NCBI GenBank assembly: GCA_964016885.1
Contig: OZ024742.1
Span: 359,104,001 to 359,168,000 of the forward strand
DNA: 64,000 nt
Source: Eledone cirrhosa
Taxonomy: Eukaryota
Reading direction: 5' to 3'
Both the position numbers and the translations under genes were made by a program. This document shows, one piece after another, positions 33,770-46,864 of this stretch. The notes beneath the pieces are model-generated. The model was not told the DNA's origin, ran no database searches, and worked only from the letters and a program-made list of their open reading frames with translations. Positions within the stretch are counted from its first letter, which is position 1, and each line of letters starts with the position of its first letter.

Positions 33770-34555
33770 CATACATACACATACATATACACATATATAC
33801 ATATATATATATATATAAGCACTTTAATACATGAATACACTTACATCTAACTATACACATCAAACATATATATATATTTACTTATTTATATACATTTTCA
33901 CATATATATACATACTTATGGACGTTTTTAGACACATTCATTATCGCATATTTGTACCTATTCTCATCAGCATATCTTTTCATTATTAGTATGGTAATTT
34001 AAGGTTATTAATATATGTTGAGAAGAGATTGTTTTTATATTTTTCTAACTAGATTAAGGTTTATATAGTAGGGGGATGTCCCTCTTTTATGTAATATTCG
34101 GCTTGTAGTGGGAAAAAAGGGTTTTAGTTCTGTGACGGCAGAATAATGTTCGTTCAATTCTGTTATTCAGCAGTTTCTTCTTGTGTGTGATTATGTAATA
34201 AATCTCAAGATTACACAATTTGCAGAAATTTTGGCTCCTGGAAAAGCTTTGGGTTTTAGCTAATTTTTCCCATTTTAGGGTAAACTTTTGGTCGCTATCC
34301 CTGAGCGTCCAAGCTTTTTCTGCTAAAGTTGTTACATTTCTTTGGCTCTGGTGTTTTATTGAGTAAGAATGCCTATACAATCGAGATTTAAACGATGTTG
34401 CCGTTGATCCGACGTAATACCACTCGTTGCCTCCGGATTTAATGGTACACTTATAAATAATATTTTTTTCCAGGCAGTTATTGCCGAGGGGGCAGTTGTC
34501 AGGATAGGTGCAGTTACAGTTGTGTACGTTGGGTTTTCTCTGGAGTAGTATAGTA
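33050..34555 (-). mobile_element. Penelope-like (Naiad-type) element, 5'-truncated: GIY-YIG C-terminus plus 3' UTR/pLTR
   Basis: Minus-strand frame 34087-34519 reads NCNCTYPDNCPLGNNCLEKNIIYKCTI...WYYVGSTATSFKSRLYRH...CKLCNLE...FCRHRTK, homologous to the C-terminus of 44064..46421. Hammerhead in the 3' end, (TA)n flanks. Confidence 0.85.
33086..33202 (-). ncRNA. Type I hammerhead ribozyme, canonical core
   Basis: Minus strand: TTATT-CTGATGA-a-ATGACAGT...ACTGTTAT-a-GAAAC-ACGT-GTC-AATAA. All three stems pair, stem III is palindromic and the cleavage triplet is GUC. Confidence 0.85.
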
Positions 34556-34627
34556 TATATATATATATAGGAAAAGGTTCAGGATCCCGACGGCAGAGCT
34601 TAAGCCGTTTCGACGGCTATTTCTGGA

Positions 34628-34850
<223 letters not shown>

Positions 34851-35214
34851 ATGTATTCCATGAATCCCATCTATCAATCTCTTCCCCTCGTTCTATTTCA
34901 CTATTATATACACGTCAATATTCGTCTGTATTATGAATCACGTAGTATTGCTGTTTAAAGTAACTAGCCAAGCTTTCACAAGACAAATGTAGGACTTCAC
35001 CGTGAATAGTTTAATGAAAAATTATAAGAATATATTGTTTTAGAAAAGAAGGATCTTAGCGAAAATACATGAGTGCTGATAAACTGTATAGTGATTGAAC
35101 TGTATCAGCCGTTGTTACCTGTTCACTGCGGTAGATGTGACATATTCATGGCTTTCATATTTACAGTGAAACTTAATATATGTTTATTATAGTGAAAACT
35201 GATGTATAATGCTA

Positions 35215-35365
35215 CAAATTGGTAATCGTTAGTGTGTCAGCTTAAGAATACATCGGCATTTCCGACTCAATGTGCTCTGAATTCACATCTCACAGAGGTC
35301 AAATGTTGCCTTTCATGCCTTCAAGATCAATAAATAAAGGACCAGTGCAAAAACGGGGATTGATA
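35215..35365 (+). mobile_element. Degenerate SINE (same type as 408-600)
   Basis: CTGAATTCACATCTC..GAGGTCAAATGTTGCCTTTCATGCCTT...AATAAATAAAGGACCAGT resembles the B box plus core of the first SINE. Confidence 0.55.
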
Positions 35366-35408
35366 GTTTCCAGCATGTTTAAAATGCCCAGGATGGCACA
35401 TTATGACC

Positions 35409-35704
35409 AGGGCTGGAGGACTTGAGGCGCTTTAGTTTTTGAGGGCACTTCATACACAGAAAAAATACAATACACAGAAAACCCCCGAATTTTACATATC
35501 CAAATAAGCTTAGCTTAAGTAATTGGAATTGAAAAGTTCAACATACAGGAATTAAATTCCAAAACTTCTAACCATCCTAAAACTAAATAGCCCAAATGAG
35601 GGCACAAATAGATTGCTATGGTCATTGATGGTGTGATCTCCCACTGCAGGGGACAGGAGGCCTGGGGAAATTGGCTCCTTTGTACCCTATTTAATCCGGC
35701 CCTG
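35409..35704. mobile_element. Possible old hAT-like MITE
   Basis: Ends CAGGGCTGGA and TCCGGCCCTG are nearly complementary and resemble hAT termini. No clean 8-bp TSD. Confidence 0.35.
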
Positions 35705-35741
35705 TTCATATCTGGAGATGGTTTAAAATATCCACGATGGC

Positions 35742-35804
35742 ACACTATGACTCTATCAGATGTTACGGGTTATTAACCCGTAACATCTGATAGAGTCATG
35801 GTGT
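35742..35804. repeat. 63-nt near-perfect palindrome
   Basis: ACACTATGACTCTATCAGATGTTACGGGTTA-T-TAACCCGTAACATCTGATAGAGTCATGGTGT. Confidence 0.9.
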
Positions 35805-37461
35805 ATACAGGTTCATTTATGAATTTATTTGAAACACGCTGGGTTAGTGCTCGCATTAGGTTTAAAAGAAATATATTTAACTAATTAAATAGGCATTACG
35901 TTCACTTTCATATATCATCTCTGCTTGCTTTATGGATTCGTCAATAGAAACTAATTAAAAAAACGAAATAAGTCTCTATCAGTATGAACACGTACGAATG
36001 TATGAAAGTATATTTAATAAAATGTACTTACTTTTCTTTATTTGTGTAGATACTATAAAGAATTAATGCCTCCGAGATAGATCAGATTTCTATCTATATT
36101 TGTGAAAATTGTAGAAATCTTTTCCTATTTGAAAATGTATTTAACGATATTTTTTTCCATATCTCTCTCTCACCCTCTTTTACACTCTATCTCTCTCTCT
36201 GTCGCTCTCTCTCTCACACACACACACATATGCACACTCATTCTTTCATATACCTAAAAAAAACACCCGTACAGTCTCACACAAACTTCCACACAAACAC
36301 TCTCCCTAACTCGCGCACACATGCCCAGACACACAGATACGTTCACGTCTATACTTTTATGTACTTCTTCCAATTGGTTTTATTCCTTTTTACTTTTGAA
36401 TTAAAACTCTTCAAATGAATGTAAGCATGACAAGTCAACGTAAACTACAATTAGTGATATTGACACTGAGTCTCATTTATAAATATATTAGGAATCTCAC
36501 AAGTATATAGATCAATGTGGTTCAAATTTCTGAAGTAGAAGACACTTAATTAACAGACTAATAGATTCTAGTCTATCTCTGGGTGTCGTCTCTATAATGA
36601 AGTCACTTAACTTCCGATAATCTAGCATTCGTGACTCTTCTATTATTCAGCTCTGCAAAAAATAGCTACATTTTGAAATTGAATATAGATCTGTCTGTTT
36701 GCTATACTGCACATAATTCAGTCCCAAACGCAGTTAACTTTATTTGTGACAAACTATTGTCCAAGGATGTCTCTGTTGTGGCACAATTCTCACAAACTAC
36801 AGCTGAATATAATACACAGGTTCAGTAAAATTCATAGTATCGTTAACTTTATAATTACTTCAATTAAAATAGCAATAAAATGTCCTATTTCTTTGTAAAA
36901 ATTTGGTGATGGAGAGTTACTCTTCAGAAACATGGTTTCAAATATGGCATTGCTCGGTAATATTCTATTCTAAAATAAATAATCAAATACTAGCTGACTC
37001 CGTAGGAATGTCTTTTTTTTTATTAGAAACAATCACCAATCAATAAAGACCAATATGATATTTTAAACGCTTTATTCATAAGTTACTTATATACAAACTA
37101 TATATACAATATTTAATTACAAATATACACAGCATAGTAAATTAAATCGAATATATTTAACAAATAATTGAAATTACATTAAATGAAATATTTTCATCAG
37201 ACGGGAGCTCCATCACACTACACCACACTACAGGCCTTCACATGTTTATAAATGCCATTCGTGTTTCATGTCCAATAGGAGAAATAAAGTAAGGAAATGT
37301 TCCAACTGTGAGAATTATTTCTTCCATTGTTGCATAAGAATTCCCAGACCTGCGTAGGAATAGCTGAACAGATGCAATCGCCCCATTCTGTAACCATCTC
37401 GGTCGGTGCCACAGGAATAACTAGGGGCACAACATAACAGTGATGAGGTCTTTCTTGACCC

Positions 37462-38020
37462 GAGATGAGATTTGACAGTGACCTCCCACTTAAAATGGTT
37501 GTTGAAAGGAAGCATCATGATCTAGAAATCTGCCCGTACTCTCTCAGCTGAATCATTAGCGACAACCATCGACCAAGTGCAACTTGTTTTGCCTTGCAAT
37601 GCTCGCACTCAGGAACTTGATAGTTAAAGAAGACTCGGTCCCTTCCTTGACGTCGATTCCCAGTATCATCGTTTCCTTCCGTTTCCCCTTTCAACAAATC
37701 ACTTTATTTTCTACAGATGTTCCTTACTCAGCAGTCAGTGGACGAGATGAAATATCTTCGTGATATCTTCGTGATAGTGTTACTTCATAATTATTTGAAC
37801 ATACATTTCTGCAGTCGTTTGTATGCCGACTTCCAACAACACCGGTTCCTGAATTTGAGCATTTCAAAGCAAAACAATTTGGTACCATTTTGCTGATTGT
37901 TGCACTTGGTCGATGGTTGTCGCCAATGATTCAGCTGAGAGAGTACGGGCAGATTTCTGAATCCTGATGGTCCCTTTCAACAAACATCTGAGGTAGGAGG
38001 TCACTGTCAAATCTCATCTT
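37462..38020. repeat. Inverted repeat with ~120-bp arms and ~315-bp spacer
   Basis: 37462-37583 and 37899-38020 are reverse complements with scattered mismatches. Confidence 0.85.
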
Positions 38021-38629
38021 GAAAACGAACAACGAAGGTAAACAGCTCGTCTGTAGCTCCTCGGCGCCACAATAACACATACACGTAACATCATATTCTC
38101 ACATTCACCCAATTACAAATAAGTTAGATCTTTTCGCAAACAGTAAAATGGGACCAAACGTAAAATACAGGCAAAATAAACACACAGTCACAATATACAT
38201 ACAGACAATATAAACATAGTACTAACAACACATATACACACATACCTAAAGGCCTCCTGAGATTTTACTTACTTATTTTCTCGCATAAATTGTTTTTAAG
38301 AATTCTCTTCTGGGAAAAAGCAAAACAAATTCCTTTGAAAAATTAGACTAATCTCTTCATTTAGTAGCTTCTGCTTCTACACCAAGCATGGCTAAATACT
38401 TAACAGATGGTAAAAAAAGCCTTCTTCTTGTATCTATTTTCTATTCACTCTAGATTTTTTCTTTGACAAATGACATATATGTTCTAGACGTCAAATAGCC
38501 TTTGTCTCTTCAATCAGACTTATCCTAATAAACTTTGTAAATTTTTCGTATTTTTGTTATTAATTTGCCTGTTTTTTTCAATAAACATTATACGTTTGTG
38601 TGTGTATGTGTGTGTTTGCGCATATATGA

Positions 38630-38700
38630 ATACATACATACATACATACATACATACATACATACATACATACATACATACATACATACATACATACATA
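38630..38700. repeat. (CATA)n microsatellite
   Basis: About 17 TACA units. Shorter tracts recur at 39941-39974 and 42009-42022. Confidence 0.95.
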
Positions 38701-39940
38701 CGCCAACATTTGGCCTGCTGAACTGGTCATTGAAAGAACTAAGTGAGATGGATGTTAGAACCCTCAAACTTCTCAGTTTTACTGGGAATTTTAACATCAA
38801 TGGTGATGTGGATAGGCTATACTTCTCACGCAAGGAAGCTGGCCGGGTGTCTAAAAACCATATCAACATCATATGAGACCCGGATAGTAACACTGAAGCA
38901 ACATCTTCAACAGAGGAAAAAGGTTGGCAACCATCTTGCCCAGGTTTATGAGCATGAAAAAAAAATATCATTAGAATAGCCACTGATCTGGAGGAGAGAT
39001 ATGGAATAAAGCCTGATATAAATCTCTCCCCCAGAGAAATCGGAAGATCCTATTCAATGTTCAAACAAGATGAAAAAATTGACCAATTTACAGAAAAAGT
39101 TGTGCATGGATACTTGAGACGTAAAACACAGACCATAGATGGGATAAACCACTCAAAAAGCCTGGCATGGAGTTCTGACAAGTTTATGACATCACACCTT
39201 GAGGGATATCTCTATGCAATACAGGAACAAGAACTCCCTACCAAATATCTGCTGCACAAAAGAGGAGGGCCAGCAGCTGACAATAAATGTAGGCTATGTA
39301 AAACAAAGATCGAGGATGTAAGCCACATTGTTGTCAGCTGCGAAAGAATGTCATCTCGCTACTACCTCCCCATGAGAGACGATGGGATAGCTAGAACCAT
39401 CTGGAACGCACTTCGGAAAACAAAATTAACAACAAACGAGGAAGGATATATTGAGACAGATGGCACTAAGGAATACTGGTGGAACCTGAATATAAAAACT
39501 GCCACCAAATTAAAGCACAACCGGCCTGATATTGTTGTTTGGGACCACACATTGAAAACGTGTTCTGTTGTGGAGATCAGCTGCCCACATGATGTAAACG
39601 TTGTCAGAAAAATACAGGAGAAGGAGGACATCTACGGACCATTGATGAGGAGTTTACAAATCCAGTATCCAAGATACACATTTAGCTTCATACCCATCAT
39701 TATTGGAGCTACAGGTTGCTTACCAACCCGCTTGGACCAAAGTATGACTGAACTTGGATTTGCGGACAAAGAGCGCAGCTCCTAATTCATAGTCTACAAA
39801 TGGCTGCGATAGCTGGCACCTTCAAAATTTGCAAAACATTCTTGCGATTCAAGGGGTGACAATTTCTTTTCTTTTACAACCTTGCCACCAGGAAGGTGGC
39901 CGGTCAAAAAAATATACTCAAAATTAAGAAGAAGAGATAA
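38701..39940 (+). mobile_element. RLE non-LTR retrotransposon (R4-like) copy C1, 5'-truncated, in (CATA)n
   Basis: PTFGLLNWS...DVDRLY, then ORF 39057..39785 with CRLCK...SHIVVSC, HNRPDIVVWD, VVEISCP and EKEDIY. Confidence 0.88.
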
Positions 39941-39974
39941 CATACATACATACATACATACTTACATACATACT

Positions 39975-42008
39975 TGGATGATAGAGGCCCTCCAACTTGC
40001 TAAAGTCCCAGACATTATTGTTAGAGCCTTAGAGAGGCTGTCTTCTTCTTGGGCTACTATCCTAAGGTTAAAGACAGAGAGGGGGGACTCTATTTTCACC
40101 GATAAAATAAAATATTGCAGGGGTATAACTCATGGGGATAGTCTCTCTGTGATATTATTCATCTTGTCATTAAACCCCTTGTCCTTTCTGCTCGAGAAAT
40201 GTAAGGGATACATCATTGCCTGACAGGAGGACAGAAATACAAACCTAACCCATGATTTTCTTTGCGGATGATCTGAAACTCTATGCCAAGAACATGGATG
40301 GGATGAACAAAAATCTTGACGTGGTTACAACATTCTCAAAGCATATAAGAATGGAGTTTGGCCAAGATAAATGCTCATACATGACTGTAAAGCGGGGAAA
40401 AACAACAACCCTATCTAGCAACATTGTCATCAATGGCTTAACTCTTTGACCTATATCTGATGAGGACTGCTACAGATAGCTGGGTATAGATGAGAACATA
40501 TCATATAATGGTATCTGTAATAAAGAACGCGTAACCTGGGAATACTACACCCGATTAAGAAAGATCTGGTCGTCGGAACTCTCTGCGCAAAACAAAACAA
40601 TGGCTCACAATGTGTTCGCTGTGCCTGTCCTAACACCAACGTTTGGAATACTCAATTGGACGATAGACGAAATCCGAGCAGTTGATGTTGGAACTCGAAA
40701 AATAGTAAACAACACCGGAAGCTTCCACATCAACAGTGACATAGACCGCCTTTACTTGAAACGTAAGCAGGGAGGCAGAGCCTAACATCAGTCCAGACAA
40801 CATTTGAATGTCGCATCATATCTCTCCGACAACATCTACGAAACTCGAAGCGTAGGAGCCCGTCTCTCGAGCAAGTCTATCTGCATGAAACAGATAAGAT
40901 CATGAGAGTTGGGAAGGAACTCCTCGAGAGATATTCCGTGTGATAATCAAAAACTCACACCCAGGGAAGTCGCTCAGCAGTATCGCCGTGAATCCATGGA
41001 TGAAAAACTGCATGCTTATCAGCAAAAAATCATGCATGGATATGTTGCCAGGAAGCTCCAGAATAAGATTAGTATAGATAAGGAAAGTAGTCTATCTTAG
41101 ACCAACAACTACTATATTGGCTCCCACTTTGAAGGATACGCTTTTGCAATCCAAGAACAGGAGATTAGTACGAAATACCTGATTCACAAAAGAGATAGGG
41201 ATGCAGGCAAAACACTTAGATGTGATAACAAGTGCAGACTCTGTAGAACTAACATCGAGGATATCACCCATGTCATCAGCAGCTGTCCAAAGATGTCATC
41301 GCGGTACTATCTACCTATGAGGCATGATGTAGTGGCCAAAACACTGCAGTTCCTAAAAAAGATAGCCCCGATAATAAACACATTAAAAGCTACAGCAATG
41401 TGGAAGACATCCATGTACATAATATGAAAGAGTACTGGTGGAATGTTCCAGTAAAAACCCCAATAAAATGCAAGCATAACAGACCAGATATAATGATATG
41501 GGACAGGGAGAATAAAACGGGCACAGCAGATGCCAATATAATATCAAAGATTAGTGAAAAGGAGAATATTTATGCAGAACTGATGAGAAATCTGCAGATA
41601 CTCCACCCTGATTACACCTTCAGATGTATGCCTGGGTATGTTAGTAACTGCCTCAATACAAATCTTGAGAAGCTAGGCTTCACAGGAATAGAAATAACAC
41701 AACTAGTTAAGAAATTACAAGTACAATCCATTAATGGAACAGTAAAAATATGTAAAACATTCCAAAAATGTTGCATCTAATAACTGCATATACACATGTA
41801 CAGATACAAAGCATATACACATGCACACATATAACTCAAGACATCCACATCCACACATACAATAACATCCATATCTACCTATGCATGCATACATACATAT
41901 CTACCTAGTTGATGTTGTGTAAATTCCAATGAGAGAGTCTTGTGTCTATGTTAGAAACCAACTCTCTCGCTATTGGAAAAACATTGTGAAATTATAAAAC
42001 CAGAAGAG
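39975..42008 (+). mobile_element. RLE non-LTR retrotransposon (R4-like) copy C2, 5'-truncated and decayed, in (CATA)n
   Basis: RT remnants GDSLSVILF, FFADDLKLY, FGQDKC and DIDRLYL...GGR, then CRLC...HVISSC, RHD and HNRPDIMIWD. Multiple stops. Confidence 0.88.
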
Positions 42009-42087
42009 CATACATACATACAAACATATATGAATACATGTCTACATATCTACGCACACAATCACACACACAAATATATATATATAT

Positions 42088-43780
42088 ATAAACGTTAGAA
42101 TATGTGTAATAAGGCCAAGACAATGCAGATATGGACATAGAAAAAAGAATACAATAGTGAGAGATATTGATGAGAATTCGTCTTTCACCTTGAATTTATT
42201 TAAATGTCCTTAATTTTCGAGATAATATCTCTTCTTCGGAGGGAAGTAAAAGTCTCAGACCAGCGTCTTAAATTTCCAATGAAGCCATGCTGACCGGAAA
42301 TAGTATAGAGTTCTAACTTTAATATCAAAGAATTAAAATTAGGTGGGTAAAGAGTAGTCTCCCTTTAAGAGGGGTTTGTTTATGTTTTTGTTGTGTTTTT
42401 TAAATTTTATATGCGTGCCTGTATATGTGTGTGGGAGAAAGCATGAAGGTATAGGTATGTGTGTGTGTGAGTGTGGGAAGATAGGTCTAATCGTAAAAGT
42501 GGGGGGTAGGTGTTATCTGGTGTTAGAACTGGTTTTGTGTGTGTATGTGTGAGAGAGAATAAGTGGAGGTGTGTGCGTGCGTGTGTGTGGGGGGTGTAAA
42601 GTGGGGCTAGAGGCCCTATCAGGTTATAAATTGGGTGTTGAGCTCTAGTCTATTATTGATTGGTGGATGTGTTCTATCTATAATGAGTGCTTCCTTGATT
42701 CTAAGATTACCGAGGTTTCTTTCTTTAGTTTCTATCCTAACTGTTATGTTTTTATCAGTGTTTTTGCATTTAACTAGGTGTTTCTTAAATGAGGAAGCGT
42801 TAGTATTGAGGTGTTCTTTTATTCTTATGTGGAGTGGTCTGGTGGTGCTACCTACGTAGAAGTTGTTGCATTTGTCACACTCTAGTCTGTAAACTACGTA
42901 AGCCTGGTGGCATAGGTCTGTGTCGTTGATGGGGCAGTTGGCTAGTCTGCAGCAGTTGTCATGTCTGGTGGAGTGTCTCTTAGCTAGCCGTCCACGCAAA
43001 GAAGGACCCGAATGGGCCAGTTGAATATCCAGACCTTCTCGTCTGATGGCTCTGCGGATGGCTGTTGTTGTTTCTTCACTGAAGTGTGGGAGCTTCAGGA
43101 AGCAAGTGTTAGTGCCTCGGGTGTGGTGTCCTCTGTTCTTTCTGGCATGGTTTGTGGTGGATGTCGTGTATCCGTTCAGTTTGAGTACTTCCAGGAAATG
43201 TGTGGTGTGTGTGTCTCGGTCTCTGGCGTCGGTGCATTTGTTCTTGATACGTGCCAGTTCGTTCTTTATGTATCCGAACTTGGCACCGAGTGGGAGGGCC
43301 GATCTGAAATGTACGAACAGGTCCCTGCTGGCGGATTTTTTATAGAAGCAGGTGTGGATGTTGCCTTCCTCTGTTACCCTGAGTTGGAAGTCCACACACA
43401 TATACAGGCACGCATATAAAATTTAAAAAACACAACAAAAACATAAACAAACCCCTCTTAAAGGGAGACTACTCTTTACCCACCTAATTTTAATTCTTTG
43501 ATATTAAAGTTAGAACTCTATACTATTTCCGGTCAGCATGGCTTCATTGGAAATTTAAGACGCTGGTCTGAGACTTTTACTTCCCTCCGAAGCAGAGATA
43601 TTATCTCGAAAATTAAGGACATTTAAATAAATTCAAGGTGAAAGACGAATTCTCATCAATATCTCTCACTATTGCATTCTTTTTTCTATGTCCATATCTG
43701 CATTGTCTTGGCCTTATTACACATATTCTAACGTTTATACCTCATTACACAATGCTTCAAGTGAACTATAACCTCCTCCC
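42088..43780 (-). mobile_element. Penelope-like element, 5'-truncated, with inverted ~350-bp pLTRs and a 40-nt tail
   Basis: 42088-42434 is the reverse complement of 43391-43739. Unpaired extension at 43740-43780. (TA)n flanks. Confidence 0.9.
42619..43390 (-). pseudogene. Penelope RT thumb plus GIY-YIG endonuclease fragment
   Basis: YKKS...VHFRSALP (thumb), then VVYRLECDKCNNFYVGSTTRPLHIRIKEH...IKEALII...INNRLE. Confidence 0.88.
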
Positions 43781-43797
43781 ATATATATATATATATA

Positions 43798-46725
43798 TAT
43801 AAAAGAGAAAACACAGGTAAACATTAAGAGAAGGATTTAATCCAGGTATTTACGACCGTTTCGTTGGTAAGTGCAACCTTATATTGCTATACTGCAAATA
43901 GCAGCCACTCAATTATAATTGTTGTTCACAGTCCAAATTTTCAAAATAGTGAGTTACTCTTGAAATAGTTCTTAATATATAGAGAAAAACATTTATTTGG
44001 AATTGTATTTACTAGTATAGAGAGAGAGGAAACAGGATACTGCTATGGAAAACAGGTACTACTATGGAAAAGCATTACATAGGTATGTCCCTAAAGAACA
44101 TTCCTATACCTCGGAGAAAGGATTATACTCTTGGGATGATACAGCGAACAAACGACTTTATACGCAGAGTTAGATGGAAAACTTTCCATTTCGACAAAGG
44201 ACGTAATGGTTGCACCGTGGAATATAACAAAGAAACATACGACTTCAAATCGTGTAAAATCCCACCTACCAACCCCCAACTGGATGCCTTTGAACAGGAC
44301 TTACTGAAGATGATTATGAATATCAAATTCAAAAAGCGGAGGAATAATAAACTCCAGAATGACATAAATACATTCATAAAAAAGCTGCGAACCACCAATG
44401 GAATTATTGTCAAAGCGGACAAAACATCAAATGTGTATACGATGGATGTTAATACATACAATAGCTTCATACGGAAAGAATTACATAGGAAATACAAAAA
44501 AACAAATGAGGCGGCACTGATAAACATCAACAACGAGGCACACAATATAGTCAAACACCTAGGAATAGACGACAGAACGGAGCCACTTAAGCCATGTACC
44601 CCCACATTTAACCTCAAAGACCACAAGGTAAATTTTGATTATAACCCGACTATTAGACTTATATGCCCATCCAAATCGGATATCGGGAAAATTAGTAAAC
44701 ATATATTAGACAGAGTGATAGCACAAATGAAGAATAAACTAGTGATTAAACTATGGGGTAACGCTACCGAAACAATTAAATGGTTTAACAATATAGCTAA
44801 CAAGGAAGTATCTAAATTTATACAATTTGACATTAACGATTATTACTCATCCATATCCCCCAACACCTTAGATAAAGCCTTAGCATTCGCCAAAGCGAAT
44901 TCTGACATAACAGACGACGAGATAAAAATCATACTAGCTGCTAGGAAAACAATAATTAAATTTGAAAACGCCTATTGGGAACGTAAGGATAGATTAAATA
45001 ACTTTGACATCACGATGGGGGCTAACGACTCGGCTCAAGTCACAGACTTAGTAGGTATTTACATAGCCCATAGTTTACAAAGCGAGTTTAGCGACCTTCA
45101 CGGTGGAATCTACAGAGACGACGCCCTTCTCCTAGTTAAGAACCTAAATAACCAGAGCATAGAAAGACTCCGTAAGAATATTAGAAAAACTCTCGGAAGA
45201 CTAGACCGTAGCATAACGTACGAGTATAGCACTAAAACAGTTAACTTTCTAGGCGTGACGCTTCCCCTAAATACGGGACTTATAAGACCTTTTCACAAGA
45301 TTAATGAAAACTTAGCATACATCAACTGTAACTCAAACCACCCACTATCAATAATTAAATCCATTCCACGCAGCATATCCCTTAGGATCTCCCGCCTCTC
45401 ATCTAACCGGCAAATCTTCGAAGAACATGCAGAATACTACAATACCGCATTAGACAAGGCAGGCCACTTAGATAGAGTAGAATATATAGATGAAAGCCTC
45501 TGTGAAGCACACACGAACACGCATAACACAAACTCCAGACACACACGCATACAGACATTTACGCATAGAACCGCAAAGTATACGGCAAATAGAAGTACAA
45601 CATCGAAATCAAACAAGTCACGCAGTAGAAAATATATTTGGTATAACCCCATATTTAACACCTCTATTAGTACTAACCTACCCTCTACTTTCTTTAGAAT
45701 AATAAATAGGCACTTTCCGGACTCACATAGATACAGCAAAATCCTTAACACTAAATCTATTAGACTATCCTACTCCCCGGCACCAAATATAGAAGCACAC
45801 ATTAAGATGCTTAACGCTAAAAAGATACATAACAACACCAAAACACAAATTTACAACAATAACAATACAATTACCATCGAACACAACAGAATATCTAATA
45901 CACAACCACCCGCTAATAGGCAAACAAAACGTAACAGACTTGTTCAGGCATCGCAGCCCACAAATAATGCCAAAGTTGCCCATAACAAGAAATGTAACTG
46001 CCACCTACCTGAAACCTGTCCATTACAAAATGAATGTATGCAGTCTAACCTGGTTTACCAATGCACAGTGGAATCAGACAACCAGAAATGGTATTACATC
46101 GGAGCGACTGGGAATACTTTTAAAGCTCGTTGGTATACATACCGTTACGCAATGAAACATTCCCAGCACCGTTATGTAACTACCCTTGCAAACAAGACCT
46201 GGCAACTGAGGGAAAGTAACCGTCAATACACCCTGAAGTGGAAAAAATTATCAAACGCGCCCCCATATCGGAGTGGTATGAGAAGCTGTCGATTATGCAA
46301 CGTTGAGCTGTTCCACATCTTAAGTTCGAAGAATAGGTTACTCAACAATAAAATTGAGAGATCAATTTATTGTAACCATAGACTCAAAGAGAAATTTTCG
46401 CACTACAAATCGAACACTTAACCTCTTACTACCAACTGACAAACTGCATATACTTAGACTTTATACCCTCTTATATCTAGACCCTTTAATTACCCACAAA
46501 ACCAATACATATATCCCCCCCCCCCTTCTCCCTCATTCCTCTTCTATTTCTTCGGTTTCTTCCTTCCTTCCCTCTTCTTGGCTATCTTTTCCTTTCTTCC
46601 TTCTCACCCCCTTCTTTGCTTTTATTTTTGTCATTATTATCTTTATTTTTATTTATATATATATATATGTATATATATATATGTGTATATATATGTGTAT
46701 ATGTCTGTGTGTATGTATGTATGTA

Positions 46726-46811
<86 letters not shown>

Positions 46812-46833
46812 TGTATATGTGTGTATGTGTATT

Positions 46834-46864
<31 letters not shown>

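Noticed and set aside
44064-46421. Selenoprotein-type Naiad (in-frame TGA plus SECIS)
   Set aside because: The ORF has no in-frame TGA and ends in TAA. The fragment at 34087-34519 has Cys codons at the conserved sites, and the stop in the 58738 fragment is TAA.
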